Source: an uncultured Chloroflexia bacterium (GTDB taxonomy: Bacteria; Chloroflexota; Chloroflexia; Thermomicrobiales; UBA6265). From it: 64,000 nt of DNA. The notes below the pieces were generated by a model. It was given only the letters and a program-made list of their open reading frames with translations. It was not told the origin of the DNA and ran no database searches. The DNA lies in the NCBI GenBank assembly GCA_963724295.1, contig CAVRUC010000008.1, positions 256,001-320,000 of the forward strand. The letters run 5' to 3'. Shown piece after piece: positions 57,209 through 64,000 of this stretch (position 1 is its first letter; every line of letters begins with the position of its first letter). Made by a program: the position numbers and the translations under genes.

Positions 57209-59689
57209 ATGCCGCGGCACGATCAAGATGCCGGGCACCACAATCAGACCTCGCTCCCTCCTCGCGACGCCTCCGCTGACGGCAACGGCCGCCGGCCGTT
57301 CGCGATGCGCGACGACGGCGTTGCCCAATCGCCCGCGCGGGAACCCGCGGCAGCGGCCCGCATCGCGGCGCCCATCGGATTCACCCTCGAAGCGGGACTC
57401 TACGTGCTGATCGTGCTGGCCGGAGTGCTGACACGCTTCTGGGATCTCGGATCGCGGGCGCTGCACCATGACGAAAGCCTGCACGCCTACTTCTCCTGGC
57501 TCCTCGCCACCGGGCAGAACTACGTCCACGACCCTCTGATGCACGGTCCCTTCCTCTTCCATATGAATGCGCTGGTCTACACCCTGCTCGGCGCCTCCGA
57601 TGCCTCCAGCCGCTTCAGCGCGGCGCTCTTCGGCGTGATCCTGATAGCCCTGCCGATCCTCCTCCGCGGTGACCGACACCTGGGGCGCTGGGGCGCGCTC
57701 ACAGCATCCACCCTCTTTCTCATCTCGCCCGCGCTCCTCTACCAGAGCCGCTACATTCGCCACGACATTTTCACCGTGGTCGGCTCGCTCGTGCTCTTCA
57801 TCGCCATCATGCGCTACATCGAGCGTCCGTCGCGCGGCTGGCTGATTACCATCGGCGCGACCCTCGGCTTTCTGCTCACCAACCACGAGATCGTCTTCGG
57901 TATCGCCGCCATTTTCTTCGCCGTCATCGCCGGAGCGCTCCTGTGGGGGCGGCTGCGCGTGCTGGCGCCGTTGCTGCTGGTATCAGGCATCGCGGCCATC
58001 GCGCTGGTGGCACTCTTGCCGGACGCCGCGGGCCGACCGCTGCCGTCCATTCCATGGCAATCGCCCACGCAGGACGAGCAGTTCAACTTCTACCGGGATC
58101 TCCTCACCCATCCGCTGACGATCGCGCTGGGACTGCTGGCAATCGTCACCCTTGCCGTGGCAGCGCTGCTCCTGCGCCGCCTGCGTGATCCCGATCGACG
58201 CGACGAGGGATGGGTGGTGGTCCTCTTCGGAGATCCGCCGCCGGGCAGTATCGCGGCGGCGGTACGCGCGGCCTGGCTGGACCGCGCCGGCGTCTCGGCG
58301 GCGCTCATCGCCGGGCTGGTGATCTTCGCGGTCCTCTTCACCACGCTCTTCACTAATCTCTACGGGCTGGCCTCCGGCACCATCGCGACCGACGGCACAC
58401 TCCTCTACTGGCTGGGCCAGCACGACTTCCGCCGCGGCGAGCAGCCCTGGTTCTACTACCTGCTCCTCATGCCACAGTACGAGCTCATCGCGGTGCTCTT
58501 CGGCGTCGCCGCAACGATCCTCGCGGGCGTGCGGGCTTTGCTGGTTGGGTTCCGCCGCATGACGCCCGGTCCGCGCTTCGTCTTCCAGACGTTTCTGGCC
58601 ATCTGGTTCATCGGTATCTTCCTGGCGCTCTCGTGGGCAGGGGAGAAGATGCCCTGGCTGGTCATCCACATCGCGCTGCCGGCGACGCTCCTGGCCGCGG
58701 CGCTGCTCGGTGAATTGGGTCGGAGGTCGGAAGTCGGGAGTCGGAAGTTGAATCCATCCTCCGACGTCCGACCTCCGACCTCCGCCTTCGTTGCACCGCA
58801 GTGGGCGCTCTTCGCATCGTTGGTCGCGCTGGCAACCTGCTGGTTTCTCATCGCGGCGCCCATGACCTATGGTGAGTTCGTCTCCGCCGCGGTCACCGGC
58901 GGTTGGGAGCGTGCGCTGACCTCCTGGGCGCGGGAGCGCTGGTGGTTGCTGGCGTTACCGCCTCTCGCCGGCATCGCCGGGGTTGGCCTGCTGTGGCTGC
59001 GGCGTGGGGCGCGTCTGGCCGCGGAGCCGGCGCTCGCCGCGCTGGTGCTGGTGCTGGCCCTGGCGCAGATGCACGTCGCCTGGAGGCTGGTCTACCAGCA
59101 GGGCGACGTACCCAAAGACATGCTCGTCTACACCCAGACCTCCCCCGATATGCACCGCATGGTTGGCGAGCTGACCACCCTCTCGGCGATGACGACGGGC
59201 AGCCGCGAGCTGGAGATCTGGTACGACGACAACGACGGCACCTCCTGGCCGATGCAATGGTATCTGCGTGACTTCCCGAACCGGCATCTCTACGGCGGCA
59301 CGCTTGCCGGTCCGCCAGACGGCGTGCCGGTGGTGTTGGTCGGCGACAAGAACCGATCCTCTGTCGAGCCGTATCTCGAGGGATACACCGCGCAGGAGTA
59401 CGTGCTGCGCTGGTGGTTCCCGGAAGATCCTGTCTACCGCGATTTCGCCATCGCCCCGGAGATCGCCCCTGGCCGTTCGGCGTGGAGATCGTCCGATCAG
59501 CCGCACGGGCCGATCGACATCGCCGCCTCCATCGGCGAGAGCCTCTCCCACCTGTTCACGGCGGAAGGACAGCAGGGACTCTACCGGCTGGTGATGTACC
59601 GGGATCTGCCCGTGCGCATCGACTCCTACGGCTACACCCTCTACATCCGTAACGATCTCGTTCCCCTCTACAACCAGATCCGGTATTGA
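57209..59689 (+). CDS. TIGR03663/Agl23-like GT-C (PMT-type) membrane protein; start uncertain
   Basis: Motifs 'RFWDLGSRALHHDESLHAYFSW', 'DPLMHGPFLFH', 'SRYIRHD', 'YWLGQH', 'QPWFYY', 'GEKMPWL', 'LVYTQT' and 'WPMQWYLR'. Confidence 0.85.
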   Translation: MPRHDQDAGHHNQTSLPPRDASADGNGRRPFAMRDDGVAQSPAREPAAAARIAAPIGFTLEAGLYVLIVLAGVLTRFWDLGSRALHHDESLHAYFSWLLATGQNYVHDPLMHGPFLFHMNALVYTLLGASDASSRFSAALFGVILIALPILLRGDRHLGRWGALTASTLFLISPALLYQSRYIRHDIFTVVGSLVLFIAIMRYIERPSRGWLITIGATLGFLLTNHEIVFGIAAIFFAVIAGALLWGRLRVLAPLLLVSGIAAIALVALLPDAAGRPLPSIPWQSPTQDEQFNFYRDLLTHPLTIALGLLAIVTLAVAALLLRRLRDPDRRDEGWVVVLFGDPPPGSIAAAVRAAWLDRAGVSAALIAGLVIFAVLFTTLFTNLYGLASGTIATDGTLLYWLGQHDFRRGEQPWFYYLLLMPQYELIAVLFGVAATILAGVRALLVGFRRMTPGPRFVFQTFLAIWFIGIFLALSWAGEKMPWLVIHIALPATLLAAALLGELGRRSEVGSRKLNPSSDVRPPTSAFVAPQWALFASLVALATCWFLIAAPMTYGEFVSAAVTGGWERALTSWARERWWLLALPPLAGIAGVGLLWLRRGARLAAEPALAALVLVLALAQMHVAWRLVYQQGDVPKDMLVYTQTSPDMHRMVGELTTLSAMTTGSRELEIWYDDNDGTSWPMQWYLRDFPNRHLYGGTLAGPPDGVPVVLVGDKNRSSVEPYLEGYTAQEYVLRWWFPEDPVYRDFAIAPEIAPGRSAWRSSDQPHGPIDIAASIGESLSHLFTAEGQQGLYRLVMYRDLPVRIDSYGYTLYIRNDLVPLYNQIRY
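58719..58786. repeat. Heptamer palindromic element in frame within the CDS
   Basis: (GTCGGRR)x4, a 12-nt centre, then (STCCGMC)x4; translated as RRSEVGSRKLNPSSDVRPPTSA. Confidence 0.85.
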
Positions 59690-59723
59690 AACGGGACCAG
59701 AGACAAAGAAAGAGCCAGGACGG

Positions 59724-62678
59724 ATGACGGACGCTGGGATCACGCCGGAGGAAATCCGGATGCGGGAGGCCGAGGCCGCAAACCGGCAGGGTGTCTTGAT
59801 CGCGCCGGGTGTCACGCCGGCTGATTCCGCGCCGCCGAGCGTCCTCGACCGGGTGATCCCGTTCGTCGGAGCGACCCCCTGGCAGACGATCGGCTGGGCC
59901 GCCACCTTCGCCGTCGCCGTGGCACTGCGTTGCTTACGCCTCGACGACCTGGCGCTCAGCGCGGGCGAAGCGGCGCGAGCCTATGACGCGTGGGCGCTCT
60001 TCCGAGGTCAGCCGCCGGTAGGTGGTGAGTCGCTCCCGGACCTGGGCGCGCTCCTCCTGCTCCTGCACGGGACTGGCTTCTTCCTCTTCGGGACGACCGA
60101 CGTCGTCGCGCGCCTGATTCCCGCGCTGGCCGGGATCGCGATCGTGGCCCTACCGCTGGCCCTGCGCCGGTGGGTCGGTGGCCCGGCGGCGCTCGGCATG
60201 GCCGCTCTGGCGGCCACCTCACCGGCGCTCGTCTATGCCTCACGGGTCGTTTCTTCCGAGATCGTCATCGCCGCGCTGGCGCTGGCGGCGGTCGCCTGCC
60301 TCGTTCGCCTTGGTGACGCGAGTCTCCTGCAAGGCACCCGCGGCCCGGCTATTGTCCTCGGCATTGTCACCGGAGCCGCTTACGCCGCGGGGCCAAGCGC
60401 GATCACGGTGATCGTGAGCGTGATCGTGGGGATCGCGGCCGCCGCGCTGTCCGTCCCGGACGGGACGATCCGACGCGGGCTTGGCGCGCTGCGCCGCGAG
60501 CTGCCCGTGTTTCTGCTCGCCATGGTGGCAACCGCCATCCTCTGCTTTACCCGTTTCCTCTCCCACCCGCCCGGTATCGCCGGAGTTGGCGACACGCTCG
60601 CGGCCTGGTGGCGGCTCCTGACCGAGAGCAGCGGCCAGCCGGCGGCGCTCTTCCTCATGGCACTGCTCATCTATGAGCCGATCGCCGTCGTCTTCGCCAT
60701 CGCCGCCGTCGTCCGCAATCGTGGTGACCGCGGTGATGCGGTTGCCCTCTTCGCCGGCTGGTCGGTGACGGCGTTCACGGTCTGGAGCTTCTCGGCGGGA
60801 CATGAAGCTGGGCACGCCGTTCACGTCGCGCTACCGCTCGTCCTGCTGGCGGGTATCGCCCTCGGCGACATCCTGCACGCGATCGACTGGCGTGATGTCC
60901 GGCACGGCAGCGGGGGGCTGCTGGTTCTGCTCATGCTCGGCACCGTGGTCGGTCTGGCGGCGGTCGGCGTGCTTCTGACGCGGGTCGACGACCAGGGTGG
61001 CGGACCGACGGCCGCACTGCCCCCGGTCGCCGTGCTCTGCCTGGTCGTCGTGCCCCTGGTCTATCTCATCTGGCGCATGACCGGCGACGAGCGGGAAGCA
61101 GGCAACGAGCGGCAACCGGTCTTGATCGCCCTGCTCGTCGCCGCCCTGCTGCTGGGGGCGTTCGGGCTGCGCTCGGCGAACCTGCTCGCCTTCAGCCGCG
61201 CCCACCTCGGCACGGAGCTCCTCGCGCAACGGACGGCAACACTCGGCACGCTGCCCCGCATCGAAGGCTTCCTGCATCTGGCGCGCGACGTCGGGGTCAA
61301 CGAGGGCTCGGCGCGCGACCCCACCGGCAGCCACGGTCTCAGCATCGCGCTCGAGCGGGACGTGCAATGGCCGTACGTCTGGTACTTCCGGGAGTTCCCT
61401 GACCTGACGGTGGTGGAGCCGGGAACGGCCGCGACGAGCGGAGCCCAGGTCGCAATCGCCGCCAGCGAGGCGGGTCTGGCCGAGGCCGGGTACGCGACCG
61501 AGTCCTGGCCCTGGCAGACGACGGTGCCGCCGCAGTACCTCGATCCCGACATGGGGGCGATCCTGGGCGCGCTGATCAATCCCACCCGCTGGCTCGACGT
61601 CTGGCGCTACCTCCTCTTCCGGGACGGCGTGCCCCTACCGCCCGAGTCGACGGTTGCCGTCGGGCTCACGCCGGAGCTGGCGGGGCGAGTCTCGCCGGCA
61701 ACCGGGCCCTTCAACCTGGCCGATCGTCCCGGACCGGGAACCGAGCCGGGTCAGTTCAAGGACCCGATCGGCGTCGCCGTGGGCGCGGACGGCGTCGTCG
61801 CCGTCGTCGACAGCGGTAACGCCCGGGTGCAGCGCTTCGACGGCGACGGCACGTTCCTCGACGTCTGGGGTGAGGATGAGGGTGGAGTCACGTTCACCCG
61901 GACCGCCAACGGTCTCGGTCCGACCGGCATTACGACGGCGTCCGACGGCATCACCTGGGTCGCCGACACCTGGGGACACCGCGTGGTGGCCATGGACGCC
62001 AACGGAGCGACTGTGCAGACCATCGGCGCGGAGACGGTCGACACCGGCGATGACCCGGCTCGCGTCGACGAGGCGGGGGGGCGTTTCTTCGGTCCCCGCG
62101 ATATCGCGGTGACCGACGATGCCATCTACGTGGTCGACACCGGCAACGAGCGGGTGCAGCTCTTCACCGGGGAAGGTGTGTTCGTCGACGCCTGGGGCGG
62201 TTACGGCTCGGGACCGGACCAGCTAATCGAGCCGGTCGGAATCGCGCTCGGTCCGGACGGGAATGTCTACGTCGCCGACTCCGGCAACGCGCGCATCTCG
62301 ATCTTCACACCTGACGGCGAGCCTGTCGCACAGTGGCCCGTCACCGCCTGGCCCGCTCCCGCTCCAGGCAGTGTCCCGCCCGCATACCAGCCGTACCTGG
62401 CTTTCGACGAGGACGGAAACCTCTATGCGACCGCCTCGAACGCCGGGCAAGTCCTCGTGTTCGACGGCGAGGGAACAATGATCGACACGGTAACGAACGC
62501 AGACGGCGAGCGGCTGACGCAGCCGGTGGGGGTCGCCATCGCGCCTGACGGCGCCGTGCTCTTCACGGACATCGGCCGCGACGCGGTGCTGGAGCACACC
62601 TCGTCCATACCGGCGGACCTGCAAGTGCAAGCGGAAGATCTGGATCGAGAAGACGTTGGGGCCTCGCCGGTCCCGTGA
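59724..62678 (+). CDS. Divergent GT-C/PMT-like membrane protein with a C-terminal NHL-repeat beta-propeller
   Basis: 'LRLDDLALSAGEA', 'SPALVYASR', 'WPYVWYFREF' and many TM helices. NHL repeats: 'GQFKDPIGVAV...VDSGNARVQRF', 'FFGPRDIAV' and 'YVADSGNARI'. Confidence 0.8.
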   Translation: MTDAGITPEEIRMREAEAANRQGVLIAPGVTPADSAPPSVLDRVIPFVGATPWQTIGWAATFAVAVALRCLRLDDLALSAGEAARAYDAWALFRGQPPVGGESLPDLGALLLLLHGTGFFLFGTTDVVARLIPALAGIAIVALPLALRRWVGGPAALGMAALAATSPALVYASRVVSSEIVIAALALAAVACLVRLGDASLLQGTRGPAIVLGIVTGAAYAAGPSAITVIVSVIVGIAAAALSVPDGTIRRGLGALRRELPVFLLAMVATAILCFTRFLSHPPGIAGVGDTLAAWWRLLTESSGQPAALFLMALLIYEPIAVVFAIAAVVRNRGDRGDAVALFAGWSVTAFTVWSFSAGHEAGHAVHVALPLVLLAGIALGDILHAIDWRDVRHGSGGLLVLLMLGTVVGLAAVGVLLTRVDDQGGGPTAALPPVAVLCLVVVPLVYLIWRMTGDEREAGNERQPVLIALLVAALLLGAFGLRSANLLAFSRAHLGTELLAQRTATLGTLPRIEGFLHLARDVGVNEGSARDPTGSHGLSIALERDVQWPYVWYFREFPDLTVVEPGTAATSGAQVAIAASEAGLAEAGYATESWPWQTTVPPQYLDPDMGAILGALINPTRWLDVWRYLLFRDGVPLPPESTVAVGLTPELAGRVSPATGPFNLADRPGPGTEPGQFKDPIGVAVGADGVVAVVDSGNARVQRFDGDGTFLDVWGEDEGGVTFTRTANGLGPTGITTASDGITWVADTWGHRVVAMDANGATVQTIGAETVDTGDDPARVDEAGGRFFGPRDIAVTDDAIYVVDTGNERVQLFTGEGVFVDAWGGYGSGPDQLIEPVGIALGPDGNVYVADSGNARISIFTPDGEPVAQWPVTAWPAPAPGSVPPAYQPYLAFDEDGNLYATASNAGQVLVFDGEGTMIDTVTNADGERLTQPVGVAIAPDGAVLFTDIGRDAVLEHTSSIPADLQVQAEDLDREDVGASPVP

Positions 62679-62730
62679 CTATCGTTGCGCGGGCGAGCCG
62701 CTCGTCGATTGCGAGGGCAAAGGAGTGGTG

Positions 62731-63219
62731 ATGAGTCGACATGTGATTGCCGTTCTCATATCCGGACTTCTGACGTTGATGTGCGGCACGCTGACACCGG
62801 TTTCGACGCGCGCCCAGGAGAGCACGCCGACAGCGGGGACGACCGGGGTCGAGATCGCTCCCGGTGTGACCTTCGAGCTGCTGCCGTCCTCGGAGGACCC
62901 ACCAACGCTCTACCGGCTGCGCCTTGCGCCGGGCGTCTCCCTGCCCTTCGTGGATGACCCGGCGATCTCGCTCGTCTACGTTGAATCAGGCGCCCTCTCG
63001 TTGAGGCTGGACGCCGCTGTCAGTGATGCGCGGCCAGATGGGACCGACGACCAAGAGGCGCGCAGGGCGGTGAAGTTGAGCCAGGGCGACTATTTCGTCC
63101 TTCCGCCGCTGGTCGCCGGGGAGATCCGCAACGAGGGTCAGGAACCGGTGTCGATGGTGATCGCCGCCATCACCCCAGGGCTGATCCCGGGGGCCGCGAT
63201 CGGGACGCCGGTGGGTTGA
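62731..63219 (+). CDS. Secreted cupin-like protein
   Basis: AAGGAG SD, signal peptide plus 'AQESTPTAG', and 'VYVESGAL...LSQGDYFVLPP..GEIRNEG'. Confidence 0.7.
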   Translation: MSRHVIAVLISGLLTLMCGTLTPVSTRAQESTPTAGTTGVEIAPGVTFELLPSSEDPPTLYRLRLAPGVSLPFVDDPAISLVYVESGALSLRLDAAVSDARPDGTDDQEARRAVKLSQGDYFVLPPLVAGEIRNEGQEPVSMVIAAITPGLIPGAAIGTPVG

Positions 63220-63221
63220 GG

Positions 63222-63287
63222 CCCTCACGCCCTGGCCCCCTTGAGAACCCTCACCCCTGCCCCTCTCCCTGTGCGCAGGGAGAGGGG
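63222..63287. repeat. CCCTCACCCC/CCCCTCTCCC palindrome between convergent genes
   Basis: CCCTCACCCCTG-CCCCTCTCCCTG-TGCG-CAGGGAGAGGGG, preceded by a partial copy. Confidence 0.78.
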
Positions 63288-63322
63288 ACGGATTTTGCGA
63301 GGGGTGGCATTAGCGGTTCGGG

Positions 63323-63625
63323 TCAGTCGCCGTAGGGGATCAGCTCGGTCTCGACCTCGCCCAGGACGCCGAGCTCGACGCGGCGCTCGATGAAATCGAT
63401 CACGGTCTGCAGCATCTCCTGGGCGTGGTTGGCCGCGTTGGAGACGACGACGATAGCGAGGGTGGCCGCCCGGGGGTCGTCGAGGTCGGCGACCTCGGCG
63501 ATACCGGCATTGAATTGATTACGCACCTTCTGGGTGATGGAGCGGATGACCTGGCGCTTGTCCTTGAGACTGAAGGTGTCCTCCAGGTAGAGCGTCACCC
63601 GCGCTACTCCGACCGTCATCGCCAC
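63323..63625 (-). CDS. DUF503 (YlxP-like) protein
   Basis: 'SLKDKRQVIRSI...FNAGIAEV.DLD' family signature. Confidence 0.88.
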   Translation of the reverse strand: MAMTVGVARVTLYLEDTFSLKDKRQVIRSITQKVRNQFNAGIAEVADLDDPRAATLAIVVVSNAANHAQEMLQTVIDFIERRVELGVLGEVETELIPYGD

Positions 63626-63628
63626 TGC

Positions 63629-64000
63629 TCAGCCCTCACCAACACGCTCGACGACGAAACGGGTGCTGCCGTCAGTCTCCAGATGCCAAGTCCAGCGCAG
63701 ACCACGAGGAGTGGCGATGGCGGCAGCCGCAGCGTGGAAGACAGCGGCGTGCGACGGATCGACACCGAAGAGGGCGCCGAGCTCCGGGTCGGGGAACCCG
63801 GAGGTGGTCGCTTCCGCGCGATCCACGCCAAGCTCGGCCTGTTTCACCTCGGCGCCGAGAGCACGCAGGTTAGTCAGCATGGCGTCGAGGAACTCGCCGG
63901 CGTCCCATGGCCGTGGATCGCCCCAGCCACGCGCGAAGGACTCTCCGATGGCCGCCGCCCACTCTTCTGGAGGAATACCGCGCTCCTGCAGGAACGCCAC
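63629..64000 (-). CDS. Hypothetical protein, C-terminal part (starts beyond the window)
   Basis: Open frame to the window edge with coding-like composition; abuts the DUF503 gene. Confidence 0.65.
   Translation of the reverse strand: MAFLQERGIPPEEWAAAIGESFARGWGDPRPWDAGEFLDAMLTNLRALGAEVKQAELGVDRAEATTSGFPDPELGALFGVDPSHAAVFHAAAAAIATPRGLRWTWHLETDGSTRFVVERVGEG

Overview
High-GC, gene-dense bacterial chromosomal segment. It is most likely Thermomicrobiales (Chloroflexota), inferred from secreted proteins with 'QDATPAA/QESTP' N-termini, a TIGR03663-like membrane protein, Cys-rich exported proteins and LPxTG tails. No rRNA, tRNA, CRISPR array, integrase or transposase is visible. Main content in order: a SARP/BTAD-ATPase-TPR regulator between two exported-type proteins; MOSC, Hsp20 and cupredoxin genes; an amine-catabolism-like operon (class III aminotransferase, M20 peptidase, GS-like gamma-glutamyl ligase, amidohydrolase, ThDP E1-like enzyme) divergent from a Liv-type ABC transporter; peptidases and a peptide ABC transporter; two paralogous RND permeases followed by an OmpR-family two-component system bracketed by two copies of an RND 3' end; a cobalt-type nitrile hydratase operon; XRE/MFS/flavin reductase genes; amtB; a VPS10/BNR propeller protein; and two GT-C-like membrane proteins. 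The most promising novelties are five. (1) The NHase activator is fused to a Cys-rich ferredoxin-like domain. (2) An orphan promoter-plus-structured-RNA unit sits next to the NHase operon. (3) An unannotated 41-aa membrane peptide lies behind amtB, with no glnK nearby. (4) The RND pair looks heteromeric, with one proton-relay-defective subunit. (5) Several modular palindromic repeat families occur, one of them translated in frame inside a gene. Caveat: about 11-12 single-base insertions break otherwise intact genes and look like consensus errors. All family assignments come from motif recognition, not database searches.
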